From contig CAWBNQ010000002.1 of assembly GCA_963790205.1 (NCBI GenBank), forward strand, positions 1 to 64,000: a DNA stretch of 64,000 nt. Reading direction: 5' to 3'. The stretch's first letter is position 1, and the number at the start of each line of letters is the position of its first letter. The translations under genes and the position numbers were made by a program. This DNA comes from Nitrospirota bacterium. Its GTDB lineage: Bacteria; Nitrospirota; UBA9217. The notes beneath the pieces are model-generated. The model had not been told where the DNA came from. It saw nothing but the letters and a program-made list of their open reading frames with translations, and ran no database searches. This document shows, one piece after another, positions 19,986-29,524 of the stretch.

Positions 19986-20636
19986 ATGAGCACGAAGATC
20001 CTTCTTGCGGACGATCACAAGCTGATGCGTGAAGGGATACGCTCTCTCATCACGGAACGTGCAGATATGTCCGTGATCGGAGAAGCAGAGGATGGGGAAA
20101 CGGCCGTGCGGATGGCTTCCGCGTTATCGCCGGACGTCATACTCATGGACATCTCCATGCCCGGCCTGAGCGGCATAGAAGCGACCCGCCGGATCCTGGC
20201 CGACGGCACGCGCTCCAAGGTAATCGCGCTGTCGATGAATCTCGAAAAGAGAATCATCCTTAATATGCTGAGCGCCGGGGCGTCGGGCTATCTTTTAAAA
20301 GACTGCGCCTTTGAGGAAGTGATCCATGCCATACGCGCCGTGGCTTCGTCGGGAGACGTCTATCTCAGCCCGAAGATAACAGGCAGTGTTCTGGGCGATG
20401 TGGTCAAGTGCGCGGCCAAAAACGAAGGCCTTGGAAGCGTGAGCCTCACATCGAAGGAGCGCGAGACTCTGCGGCTCTTGGCCGAGGGGAGAAGCGCAAA
20501 GGAAATTGCTTCCCTTCTCATGTGCAGTGTCAAATCGGCGGAATACTATCGAAAACAAATCATGAAAAAACTCTGCATCAACAACAATGCTGATCTGATA
20601 AAGTTCGCCATCCGCGAAGGATTAGTCCCGCTTTAG
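19986..20636 (+). CDS. NarL/LuxR-family response regulator
   Basis: REC domain (LADDH, MDISMPG, YLLK) and C-terminal LuxR HTH. Confidence 0.95.
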   Translation: MSTKILLADDHKLMREGIRSLITERADMSVIGEAEDGETAVRMASALSPDVILMDISMPGLSGIEATRRILADGTRSKVIALSMNLEKRIILNMLSAGASGYLLKDCAFEEVIHAIRAVASSGDVYLSPKITGSVLGDVVKCAAKNEGLGSVSLTSKERETLRLLAEGRSAKEIASLLMCSVKSAEYYRKQIMKKLCINNNADLIKFAIREGLVPL

Positions 20637-20883
20637 TATTAATCCATTCATTCTTTCACTTGCCGCGCAATTTCGCAAAGTCAAAAAACTCATCGCCTTC
20701 GGTGGTGATATTATGCTGCCCCCCAAGCCTCTCTTGATATTGAATATCATGGTCGCGCTTTTGCCCAGATGGTGGCAGTGGAAAAGGGAAAGGCAACACA
20801 TTGACTCTTGCCTGGTGGTTAGAACCGATAAATATGTGGTCTGGACGAAGTTGTTTTAGATATTTTGCCTAAAGATTTCCGGA

Positions 20884-20926
20884 TGAACTCTGCAATTCCC
20901 AAATATTGAAACTGTTGCAGAGTTCA
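20884..20926. repeat. Perfect 12-bp inverted repeat in AT-rich non-coding DNA
   Basis: TGAACTCTGCAA (20884-20895) / TTGCAGAGTTCA (20915-20926). Confidence 0.85.
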
Positions 20927-21285
20927 GGAAGTAGGATGGGTTCTATTATGGAACAATTTATTGGATGATTCAATCAGAATTGTGGATAGTTGATACGCTG
21001 TAAAGAATCATCCGACAATATGCTGTATTTTGATTATGCAGGCTTTTTCATGTCCGAAACAGGTCGGACAACGGTGTCCGATTTCAAATGGGATATCCGC
21101 CCGATGCCGATCGGAATCTGAACGGATATGACTCAGTCCGCTGGCGGCTGCGTGAACGGCTGCGAAATTCCGAGATCGACGCCCTGGTCCTGCGTGCCGC
21201 GGCTTTCTCTATCCATTAAGCAGCATCCCTTTCATCCGACCCGTACCGTCTTCGCGGTCCACTATCGCATTTCTCTTCGTAACCG

Positions 21286-23952
21286 CTATTGCGGCGCGGG
21301 GCCGAGCGTGACCTGGACAAAGTCCGCGGGCCGTATCCATTTCGCGAACGCGTCCCTTACCTGCTCCGCAGTGAGGTCGAGATAGCGGCGCGCGGCCCGC
21401 AGCGGTTCATCGAGCGGCAGGTCGTCGTGCGCGAGCGAGAGGAGGTCCCCGGCAATGTCCTCCATGCTCGACCTCTCGAGCGGGACCTGCCTGATCAGGA
21501 GCGCCTTGGCCTGCCGCAGCTCATGGGCCGTCACGGGCGTGGTCTGCATTGCGCGGAGGTCGCCTTCGATGAGCGTCCGTGCCTTTGACACATTCGGAGG
21601 GTCGCAGGCGTAAAAGACGCCGAAGAGGGAGCGCGTCTTGCCGATCTCCATGAAGGACTCGACCGTGTACACGAGGCCGGTCCTTTCGCGCAGGTCGCGG
21701 TAAAGACGCGTGGCGTAAAAGGCGCCGGACAGAACATGATTGCCGAGCTGGAGCGCGTAGTAGTCGGGGTCCGCCCGCGTGAGCCCGAGGGTTTCCGCGA
21801 GCTGTACTTCGACCTGCACTCTGCTCGCGTCGGGCACCATGGCGGCCGAGGGCTTGTTCAGCGGCACCGGCGGGAGCTCGGTCTGCGGCTTCGGGCCTGA
21901 GGCTTTCCAGCCGCCGAAATATTTTTCAACGACCGCACGGGCCTGTTGCGGCGTCACGCGGCCTATGATCACGATGGTCGTCATGTCCGGCCTGAACACC
22001 CGGCGATAGTAGGCCTTGACGTCGTCGAGCTTGAGCGCTGATACCGATTCGGGTGTCGCCTCGCGAAGCGTCGAGTCTTTGCCCGGAACGAGGGCGGCAT
22101 GGAGCGCTTGCATCATCCGGAACGAAGGGCTGTTCTTCTCGCCCTTCAGCGCCAGCGCCGTTTCCCGCTGCACGATTGCGAACGCCTGCGCGGGAAAGGC
22201 CGGGTGCAGCAGGTTCTCGGCCAGGAGCTTGACCCCCCGGTCGAAACGGTCGGCCAGGATGCGGAGCGAGAAACTCGTGCCCGCCGTGAGGTCGGCGCCG
22301 ATATCGTCCATTGCCTGCTGGAACGCAAGGCGATCGAGCGTGGTCGTCCCGTAGTCAAACAATGAGTCCATGACGCGCGCAACGCCTTCCTGCCCCGCCG
22401 GCTGCTGGAGATGCGGATTATTCTTCACTTGACCGTAAACGCCGACGGTGGCGCTGATCGTTGAAGGCTGAACGATGAGCCGCAGGCCGCTCGGCAGCAT
22501 CGTATCGATGGGTTTTTCAGCGGGCGCCGGAAGCACCGGGGGGGCCAGGGCCTTTTCCGCCCATGCGGGAAGTTCCACGGGCTTGACCAGCTTCGGGGTA
22601 AAGGATTCGGGGCCCCTGAATTCCTTTGCCGATACGGCAGCTCCCGACGGTTTTGGCGTGAGGACCGCGGCGATGGCCCGATCAGGGGTGAGGTATTCCC
22701 GGGCCACGCGTTCCACGTCCTCCACCGTGACCTTTTTCACGGCCTCGATGTCCTCGTCAGGCGACCCGTGTCCCTCGACGGCCAGCGTCGTCGACCACAG
22801 GGCGGCCAGGCCGGGCACGGAGTTCTTCTGGAACTCCGCATCGGAGAGCTCATGCCGCTTTGCCGCCTCCACGAGCGCGGGGGGCACGCCGTCCTTCACA
22901 TACCCGGTGATGATGTTCTTGATCCTATCAATGAGCGCCGGACCGTCGCCGCCCTGGGGGAACGAGGCGCTTGCGTATCCGGAAGCCGCTTTGGGCAGCG
23001 CGTCGCTGTCGAACCCCGTCGAAAGCGCCCTGCCCTCGATGACCAGATTGTAGAGCCTGCCCCGTTTGCTGTCCAGGACATCGGCGAGGATCTGTCCGGC
23101 GATGAAGTCCGGGCTGTCGATACCGGGGAGCCGATAGGCCACGATCGCCACACCGTAGGGCAGATCGGTCTCCAGGCGGAGGGTGTCGGGTTTGATCGGC
23201 CGGAGCTTGACCTCGGGCCGGGCCGGCACCGCGCGGCTTGGGATGGACTCGAACAGTTCACGGACCTTCGCAAGGGTGCCGCGCGGATCGATGTCCCCCA
23301 CGATCACGAGAATGGCGTTGTTCGGCGCATACCAGGTATCGTAGAATCTCTTGATCATGGCGCCCGTTGTTTTCTGAAAGGACTCGCGCGTACCCAGGGC
23401 GTCATGGGCATAGGGAGTATCGGCATATAACTCCCGGAGCAGCCGCGTGGAGAACACATAGCTCGGGTTCGAGAGGTCCTGGGCCACTTCCTGCTCGATG
23501 GCCCCGTGCTCATCTTTCCACAGTTCGTCGGTGTCGAGGACCCCGCGCATGCGCGTCGCTTCGATGTTCAGCGCGATATCGAGGTCTTCGGAAGGAACGG
23601 TAAGGAAGTATTGCGTCACCGTTTGCTGGGTATCGGCGTTGAATTCGCCTCCCAATGAGGCGATGATGGATGAAAGCTGGTCGGCCGAAAGCCCGGGGCT
23701 GCCGCGGAACATCATGTGCTCCTGAGCATGGGCCATGCCGGGGAAGCCCTCGGGGGCCTCGTCGGACCCGACGAGATAGTTGACCTCGGTGGTCACCACC
23801 GGGGCAAGGGTGTTCTTTACGATAACGACGCGGAGTCCGTTTTTCAAAGTCGCCCGGACAATGTCGTCCGCGGCAGGGGCGGGATGAGAAAAGATCCCGG
23901 TGAATAGCACCGCGATGAGAATTAGACAGGTTGTTCTGGCGATCTTTTTCAT
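21286..23952 (-). CDS. M16-family zinc metallopeptidase, exported
   Basis: Signal peptide; inverted zinc motif HAQEH MMFRGS; two-half M16 architecture. Confidence 0.93.
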   Translation of the reverse strand: MKKIARTTCLILIAVLFTGIFSHPAPAADDIVRATLKNGLRVVIVKNTLAPVVTTEVNYLVGSDEAPEGFPGMAHAQEHMMFRGSPGLSADQLSSIIASLGGEFNADTQQTVTQYFLTVPSEDLDIALNIEATRMRGVLDTDELWKDEHGAIEQEVAQDLSNPSYVFSTRLLRELYADTPYAHDALGTRESFQKTTGAMIKRFYDTWYAPNNAILVIVGDIDPRGTLAKVRELFESIPSRAVPARPEVKLRPIKPDTLRLETDLPYGVAIVAYRLPGIDSPDFIAGQILADVLDSKRGRLYNLVIEGRALSTGFDSDALPKAASGYASASFPQGGDGPALIDRIKNIITGYVKDGVPPALVEAAKRHELSDAEFQKNSVPGLAALWSTTLAVEGHGSPDEDIEAVKKVTVEDVERVAREYLTPDRAIAAVLTPKPSGAAVSAKEFRGPESFTPKLVKPVELPAWAEKALAPPVLPAPAEKPIDTMLPSGLRLIVQPSTISATVGVYGQVKNNPHLQQPAGQEGVARVMDSLFDYGTTTLDRLAFQQAMDDIGADLTAGTSFSLRILADRFDRGVKLLAENLLHPAFPAQAFAIVQRETALALKGEKNSPSFRMMQALHAALVPGKDSTLREATPESVSALKLDDVKAYYRRVFRPDMTTIVIIGRVTPQQARAVVEKYFGGWKASGPKPQTELPPVPLNKPSAAMVPDASRVQVEVQLAETLGLTRADPDYYALQLGNHVLSGAFYATRLYRDLRERTGLVYTVESFMEIGKTRSLFGVFYACDPPNVSKARTLIEGDLRAMQTTPVTAHELRQAKALLIRQVPLERSSMEDIAGDLLSLAHDDLPLDEPLRAARRYLDLTAEQVRDAFAKWIRPADFVQVTLGPAPQ

Positions 23953-24103
23953 GATGCCTCCGGATTAAAAGTACTTTACAAACCAGGACCTATAATTGTA
24001 GCAAAGTTTTTGAATTCTGGAGTGAGCGTCTTTCCCGCAGTGACTCGACTGAGCTCGCCGAAGTCTTGCCGCAAGGAGCTTCAATCAAAGATAAAATCAA
24101 TTT

Positions 24104-24186
24104 TCACACGAAGGCACGAAGACACGAAGGAATATAAAAAACGATTCATTGTTCTCTTTTCTTTGTGGCTTTGTGGCTTCGTGTGA
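24104..24186. mobile_element. 83-bp MITE-like element whose arms match the GxxExxY gene flanks
   Basis: TCACACGAAGGCACGAAGACACGAAG (24104-24129), 31-bp AT-rich spacer, CTTTGTGGCTTTGTGGCTTCGTGTGA (24161-24186). Confidence 0.75.
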
Positions 24187-24234
24187 GGATCGTTTTTTAT
24201 TTCATGTTTCACTAGTCTGAGGCTTGCCTCGTCC

Positions 24235-24627
24235 TTACCAGCCGTTGCGAATGTCGACGATCTCCTGGATGAGCGCCGAGACCTGCCTGGCCTTTTTCTG
24301 CGGCCCGCTGTTCATGGCATCGAGGAGCGCGCCGCAGAAATACGAGGTGCACCTCCAGGGCCGGAGCCAGCGGGGACGAACACAACCTTCCGCGCCCATG
24401 AACTGGCAGGGCCCGTCAAGCGGCAGTCCCGGCTCGTACGAGGGAAGAGGAGCTTTAAGCGCGGACAGGAAGCGCATATCCTGTTCATTCATGATGCTGT
24501 GGCGTTGCCTGCAGCAGACGTCCCGGCAGTCCGGGCAGACCCGCGCGGTATACTCTTCGATCAGCGGCGACAGGTCGATGAGAACCTGCCTGAGCCTTTC
24601 TGCGGCAACAGCGGTGTTCTGAATCAT
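24235..24627 (-). CDS. YkgJ-like Cys-cluster (Zn/Fe-S) protein
   Basis: CPDCRDVCC, CQFM...GC, RPWRC..YFC; ATGA overlap with upstream gene. Confidence 0.7.
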   Translation of the reverse strand: MIQNTAVAAERLRQVLIDLSPLIEEYTARVCPDCRDVCCRQRHSIMNEQDMRFLSALKAPLPSYEPGLPLDGPCQFMGAEGCVRPRWLRPWRCTSYFCGALLDAMNSGPQKKARQVSALIQEIVDIRNGW

Positions 24628-25493
24628 TGCAGGCGGCCTACTATCTTCTCCATGGACAATAAGGACATGACGATAAAGATAAAGATATTCAGATGTCGGA
24701 AAGCGGCGAGCGCAGGGGCCGGTGCCCGTCGCGCGGTCACCAGCTTTACGCCCGTCACCATCATCCAGACCGCGGCGATAAGAAGCGGACAGTACAGGAG
24801 GGGAGACGTTAGATTGCCGTAAAGCGGGAGCAGCAGGCTTGCCACTGCCGTAGAGCAAATCCAGACAAAGGTGATCCGGGCGATCTGCCTCTTGTCCAGC
24901 ACCTTCGTAAGAGAGGGAAGTCCCGCCTGCTCATACTCCTCCCCGTGATGAAGGACCTGGAGCCAGAAGTGGGGGACCTGCCACAGGAAAAAGAGGAAGG
25001 AGATGACGAAAAGCCGCGGGTCCGTGACCGCTCCGCCCGCTGCGCCCCAGCCGATGGCCGGGGGAACCATGCCAACCACCGCACCCGGGACCGCGGCAAA
25101 GGCCGTGAGCCGCTTGAGCCGGGTATAGACGCCGTTGTACCAGAGGACCGCAAAAACGCCCAGCACCACGGCCGTCAGGCTCCCCGTGAAGGCGAGAACG
25201 AATTCTCCTCCCGCTATAAGCAATGCCGAGCTTGCGAGTGCCTGCCGCGGGCTGATGATGCCCGACGGGAGCGGCCTGCTCCGTGTCCGCTCCATTTTTG
25301 CGTCTACGTCCTGTTCCTGGTATTGGTTCAGGGCCGAGGCTCCGCAGGCGAGCAGAAACACCGCCGCCGGCGGCAGAAGGGCTTGGACTGCGAAATGGTG
25401 CGGGCCGAGGAGGAAGCCGGTCCCCGCGGAGCAGGCGGCAAAAAGGGAGAGGGGCGTGCGGCAGAGCCGAGCGTATGATCGCAAGCGTTCCAT
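24624..25493 (-). CDS. cyoE: Protoheme IX farnesyltransferase
   Basis: NQYQEQDVDAKMERTRSRPLPSG and WQVPHF motifs; multi-TM; in cox operon. Confidence 0.92.
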   Translation of the reverse strand: MERLRSYARLCRTPLSLFAACSAGTGFLLGPHHFAVQALLPPAAVFLLACGASALNQYQEQDVDAKMERTRSRPLPSGIISPRQALASSALLIAGGEFVLAFTGSLTAVVLGVFAVLWYNGVYTRLKRLTAFAAVPGAVVGMVPPAIGWGAAGGAVTDPRLFVISFLFFLWQVPHFWLQVLHHGEEYEQAGLPSLTKVLDKRQIARITFVWICSTAVASLLLPLYGNLTSPLLYCPLLIAAVWMMVTGVKLVTARRAPAPALAAFRHLNIFIFIVMSLLSMEKIVGRLQ

Positions 25494-25497
25494 AGTA

Positions 25498-26472
25498 TTA
25501 CTTGAGCGTTTTGATGTATTCGGTGATCGCCCTGATCTGGTCGTCCGTCAGTTGACCCTGCTGCGACGGCATAAGGGGCGGAAAGCCCTTGACCCGGTCG
25601 ATTTCAGGATGAAGGAGCGTCTGCTTGATGAACGCTTCGTCCACCGTGATCTCCCGTTCCTGCCCGTTGTGGATCACGGTTTCTTTTTTGCCGAATACGC
25701 CTTTGAACGTCGGTCCGATCTTGGGGGTCCCGTCCGCGGTGTGGCAGGCAATGCAGCCTTTCACCTGGAGGAGCTCCGCTCCTTCATGGGCGAGCGTCGT
25801 CGCTTCGGGGGCCTTCCTGACCGTTTTTCTTGCGCCCTCTTCTTTTACGCTCTTTTCCCCGGCTTGCTCATTTTTTCCCGAGTACCAGGCGTCGAAGTCC
25901 TGCTGCGTCATGACATCCACCTTGGTGATCATGGAGGAATGCCCCACACCGCAGTATTCGGTGCAGAAAAGGTCGTAGGAGCCGAGCTGGTCCGGCAGGA
26001 ACCAAAGGTGCGTTTCCATGCCGGGCACGCAGTCCTCTTTTATGCGGTACGCGGGGATGAAGAGACTGTGCAGCACGTCGGCCGAGGTCATCAGGAGCTT
26101 GATCGGCTTTCTGACCGGCACATAGAGGACGTTGCTCTCCTTGCCGTTCGCGTAGTCGAAGGTCCACGACCACTGCCGGGCCGTGACGTGTATGACCATG
26201 GCGTCGGGAGGAGCGGTGCGCATGTACACGAAACCCTTCCAACCCACGAAGAAAATCGCCAGGACGAGGATGGTGGGAATGACCGTCCAGAGGATTTCGA
26301 GCGGAACGTTCTCCTTCACTTCCTCCGCCTGGGGATGGCGCTTCCTGCTGAACCGGAACACGAAGTAGAGCATGACCCCCGTGTTCAGGGCCAGGAGCGT
26401 CACCGAAATGCCCAGGATGAAGAAGAACGTATCATCCGCGGGGTTGGACAGGTTGGGCCAGCCGGTCACCAT
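25498..26472 (-). CDS. coxB: Cytochrome c oxidase subunit II with fused cytochrome c domain (caa3 type)
   Basis: DVLHS, CuA motif CTEYCGVGHSSM, heme motif CIACH. Confidence 0.95.
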   Translation of the reverse strand: MVTGWPNLSNPADDTFFFILGISVTLLALNTGVMLYFVFRFSRKRHPQAEEVKENVPLEILWTVIPTILVLAIFFVGWKGFVYMRTAPPDAMVIHVTARQWSWTFDYANGKESNVLYVPVRKPIKLLMTSADVLHSLFIPAYRIKEDCVPGMETHLWFLPDQLGSYDLFCTEYCGVGHSSMITKVDVMTQQDFDAWYSGKNEQAGEKSVKEEGARKTVRKAPEATTLAHEGAELLQVKGCIACHTADGTPKIGPTFKGVFGKKETVIHNGQEREITVDEAFIKQTLLHPEIDRVKGFPPLMPSQQGQLTDDQIRAITEYIKTLK

Positions 26473-26488
26473 AAGAACCTCTTGTTTA

Positions 26489-26630
26489 AAATTTCAAAGC
26501 GCAAGCGAAAGCGAAAGCATCAAATAACAAATAAGCTCCAAGCACGAAATGTTAAGCGCCAAACGTTTTGAACATTGGAACTTTGAATTTGGATATTATT
26601 TGTGATCCGTAATTTGTCATTTGGAATTTT
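26489..26630. repeat. Degenerate palindromic element with ~7-bp periodic arms
   Basis: CAAATAA/CAAATAA/CAAGCAC-type units facing TTTGAAT/TTGGATA/TTTGTCA/TTTGGAA-type units. Confidence 0.6.
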
Positions 26631-26634
26631 TCTC

Positions 26635-26919
26635 TCACCGGTACCAAATATCGAAAAACGTCAGCCCGATGATGATCGAGATCGTTATCAGCGGCACGAA
26701 GATCAGCAGCTTGAACAGGCGTTTTTCCTGCCTGAGATGCATGAAGAACCAGAGCACGAGGCCCGCCTTGGCCGAGGCAATGGCGATGTTGGCGACCATG
26801 CTCCATTCCCCCATTTTCATCTGAGCCGCCTTGATCGTCAAACCCGTGAGACAAAGCAGGGCTATCCAGACGATGATATAGGTCTTCGCGGCGTCGCTCT
26901 GGCTTTTGTTTTCTTCCAT
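26635..26919 (-). CDS. coxD: Cytochrome c oxidase subunit IV
   Basis: KAGLVLWFFMHL motif, three TM segments. Confidence 0.9.
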   Translation of the reverse strand: MEENKSQSDAAKTYIIVWIALLCLTGLTIKAAQMKMGEWSMVANIAIASAKAGLVLWFFMHLRQEKRLFKLLIFVPLITISIIIGLTFFDIWYR

Positions 26920-26935
26920 ACGTCCTCGAAAAGCT

Positions 26936-27547
26936 TTACAGGATCAGGTAGAACAGCGGGAACAGGTATATCCAGATGACATCGACAAGGTGCCAGAAGA
27001 GCCCCGCGTTCTCCAGCTTGATGTAATCGTCGCTCGTCACGGTGCCGCGAAGCGTCATCACCAGGATGAACGTAATAACGCTCATGCCGATGATGACGTG
27101 CAGCGCGTGGATGCCCGTCATGACGTAGTACAACCCGAAGAAGAGTATCTTGCCGTGGCCCATGGCCAAAAGCTGCGGCGAGTCGGGATAGAAGCCGTGG
27201 CGGATATGGCCGCTCCATTCGAAGTACTTGTTCACCAGAAAAGCGGTCCCCAGGAGGAGCGTTGCCGCCTGGAACAGGACAGAGCTCTTCTTCGCCCCCT
27301 TTTTGATCGCCGAGATCGATAGCGCCATGGTGAGGCTGCTGGTCAACAGGATGATGGTATTGATCGCCCCGATGACCACGTTCATTTCCATGCCCGCTTC
27401 ATGAAATTCGGCCGTGTTCACCTGCCGGTAGACGGAGTAGACCAGGAACATCCCGCCGAAGAGGAGTATCTCGGTGAACAGGAAGAGCCACATGCCGAGC
27501 TTGGCGCCGATGTAGTCGCGGTGTTCCGTGTGGGCGAGTTCAGTCAT
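26936..27547 (-). CDS. coxC: Cytochrome c oxidase subunit III
   Basis: GMWLFLFTE, TGIHALHV, FWHLVDVIW. Confidence 0.95.
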   Translation of the reverse strand: MTELAHTEHRDYIGAKLGMWLFLFTEILLFGGMFLVYSVYRQVNTAEFHEAGMEMNVVIGAINTIILLTSSLTMALSISAIKKGAKKSSVLFQAATLLLGTAFLVNKYFEWSGHIRHGFYPDSPQLLAMGHGKILFFGLYYVMTGIHALHVIIGMSVITFILVMTLRGTVTSDDYIKLENAGLFWHLVDVIWIYLFPLFYLIL

Positions 27548-27555
27548 GGTGAATG

Positions 27556-27670
27556 ATAAATCCCAAATTCGAATGCTGAAATCTGAAACAATGCCGAGTG
27601 ACCAAAGCGGCTACTTCACCGGTTTGTAGCAGGTGCGTGTTTGGCGTTTCGTGCTTCGGGATTCGTGCGC
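27556..27670. repeat. Degenerate palindromic element with ~7-bp periodic arms
   Basis: AAATCCC AAATTCG AATGCTG AAATCTG AAACAAT ... GTTTCGTGCTTCGGGATTCGTG. Confidence 0.6.
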
Positions 27671-27673
27671 GCT

Positions 27674-29260
27674 TTACCGAAACTCATAGGGGCCTTTTGT
27701 AACCACGGGCTGCTCTGCGAAATTTTCCTTTGGCGGCGGCGACGTGGTCTGCCATTCGAGCGAAGCCGCCTCCCAAGGGTTGTCACCGGCCTCTTTGCCC
27801 GCAAAGAGCGAATGGATCAGGTTGTAGAACATGACGATCAAGCCCATGGCCAGGATCCAGGATCCTATGGTGGAGACCAGGTTCGGGCCGTTGAATTTCG
27901 GAAGGTAGTCGTAATACCTGCGGGGCATCCCTTCCCAACCGAGGACGAACATGGAAAAGTAGAGCATGTTGAACCCGATGAAAAGAAACACCCAGGCGAG
28001 CTTTGCCAGGTGCTCTTCGTACAGTTTGCCGAACATCTTGGGGAACCAGTAGTGGAGGCCGGCGAAGAACCCCATGGCCGCGCCGCCGAACATCACGTAA
28101 TGGAAGTGGCCGACGATGAAGTAGGTGCCGTGGACGTGGACGTTCGTGGCCAGGGCGCCCTGGACGAGGCCGGTCAGACCGCCGATGGAGAAGAGGAAAA
28201 TGAACCCCAGGGTGTACAGGAACGGCGCGTTCATCCTGATCGAGCCCTTGTACATGCTCGCGATCCAGCTGAAGACCTTGACCCCGCTCGGGACGGCCAC
28301 GAGGAAGGTGAGAAGCGAGAAAATGACCCGCGCCGTGTCGCTCATGCCGCTGGTGAACATGTGGTGGCCCCAGACGAGGTAGCCCACGAAGGCGATGGTC
28401 AGGCTCGAGGCGGCGATGGCCGTGTAGCCGAAGATGTTCTTGCGGCTGAACACCGGGATGATATCGGTTACGGCGCCCATGGCCGGCAGGATCATGATGT
28501 AGACCGCCGGGTGGGAGTAGATCCAGAACATGTGCTCGAAGAGGATCGGGTCACCCCCCTTTGCCGGATCGAAAAAACCCACGCCGAAGAACCGCTCGAG
28601 GATGATGAGCAAAAGCGTGATGGCCAGGACCGGCGTGGCCAGGAGCTGGACCCAGGAAGTGGCGTAGATGGCCCAGGTGAACAGGGTCATCCTTTTCCAG
28701 GTCATGCCGGGCGCCCGGAGCCGGTGGATCGTGGTGAGGAAGTTCATGCCCGTCAGCGTGGAGGAAAGGCCGATCAGGAACACCCCGAAGACCGCCAGCG
28801 ATATGTTCGTTCCGGTCCTGACGCTGTAGGGGACATAGAAGGTCCAGCCCGTGTCCGGCGGCCCGCCGCCGGTAAAGAGCGCCGTGATCGCGCAGGCCGC
28901 GCCGCTCATGAAGAGCCACCACGACAGGATGTTGATCTTCGGGAACGCCACGTCGCGCGCGCCGATCTGGAGCGGCATGATGAAGTTCCCGAGCGACGCC
29001 GGGATGCCGGGGATGATGAAGAGAAAGATCATGATTACGCCGTGGAGCGTGAAGATTGCGTTGTAGGTCTGGGCGCTGAAGAAATGCATGCCCGAGCGGA
29101 TGAGCTCGAGCCGCATGGTGAGGCCGAGGCACACCCCGACGAAAAAGAAGGAGAGCGTTGAGATAAGGTAGAGCAGGCCGATCCGCTTGTGGTCGGTCGT
29201 GAATATCCATCCGAAGATGCCGGGGTATTTAGTCTCTGCTTGATAAAAGCTCACTTCCAT
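27674..29260 (-). CDS. coxA: Cytochrome c oxidase subunit I, A2 subtype
   Basis: DHKRIG, GWTFY, YSHPAVY (YS-type), WGHHM, HFHY, GMPRRY. Confidence 0.96.
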   Translation of the reverse strand: MEVSFYQAETKYPGIFGWIFTTDHKRIGLLYLISTLSFFFVGVCLGLTMRLELIRSGMHFFSAQTYNAIFTLHGVIMIFLFIIPGIPASLGNFIMPLQIGARDVAFPKINILSWWLFMSGAACAITALFTGGGPPDTGWTFYVPYSVRTGTNISLAVFGVFLIGLSSTLTGMNFLTTIHRLRAPGMTWKRMTLFTWAIYATSWVQLLATPVLAITLLLIILERFFGVGFFDPAKGGDPILFEHMFWIYSHPAVYIMILPAMGAVTDIIPVFSRKNIFGYTAIAASSLTIAFVGYLVWGHHMFTSGMSDTARVIFSLLTFLVAVPSGVKVFSWIASMYKGSIRMNAPFLYTLGFIFLFSIGGLTGLVQGALATNVHVHGTYFIVGHFHYVMFGGAAMGFFAGLHYWFPKMFGKLYEEHLAKLAWVFLFIGFNMLYFSMFVLGWEGMPRRYYDYLPKFNGPNLVSTIGSWILAMGLIVMFYNLIHSLFAGKEAGDNPWEAASLEWQTTSPPPKENFAEQPVVTKGPYEFR

Positions 29261-29316
29261 ATTAGTGCTCTCCGAAACGCAGTTTCATGTTGAGTCAAAA
29301 CGTCTTTCCCAGAGCG

Positions 29317-29495
29317 GTCACGCCGAGGGCGGCGAAGAATCCCGCGTTTCCGGTCCCTTGCAAGACCCTTCACGGGGCCTGCCCTGGGCAAGATTCCTCA
29401 CGAAGTTTATCCTGAGACTCTTCGCTTCGCTCAGAGCGTCCGTCGAAGGACCACGCTCCGTTCAGAATGGCTGCGAAGGGTTCAGGGTGACAATG
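29317..29495. repeat. Composite REP-like palindrome cluster
   Basis: GTCACGCCGAGGGCGGCGAAGAATC, ACTCTTCGCTTCGCTCAGAG, TTCAGGGTGACA; related to GTCATCCTGAGCGAAGCGAAGGATC at 3658-3682. Confidence 0.6.
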
Positions 29496-29524
29496 AAGTA
29501 GCGGGTCGGACCCACTCCATGGTT

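Larger units (their letters stand above)
1520..20636. mobile_element. Integrated element: two tyrosine recombinases, primase/helicase, XRE repressor and Rhs toxin cargo; true ends not determined (may extend to 1 and about 21090)
   Basis: Gene order recombinase-recombinase-primase <XRE> Rhs/immunity is a known architecture of Rhs-carrying integrative elements; long non-coding flanks at 1-1500 and 20640-21280. Confidence 0.8.

Noticed and set aside
6666..20718. 14-bp direct repeat GTGATATTATGCTG at 6666-6679 and 20705-20718 bracketing the cargo
   Set aside because: Several 14-mer matches are expected by chance in 64 kb, and both copies resemble extended -10 motifs; insufficient to call att sites.
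21010..21045. Possible dif-like site for the Xer-type recombinases
   Set aside because: Lacks the TTATGTTAAAT-like XerD arm and the 11-6-11 symmetry.
24628..24858. N-terminal part of the 207-aa ORF 24235-24858
   Set aside because: Overlaps cyoE out of frame; the real start is likely the coupled ATG at 24627.
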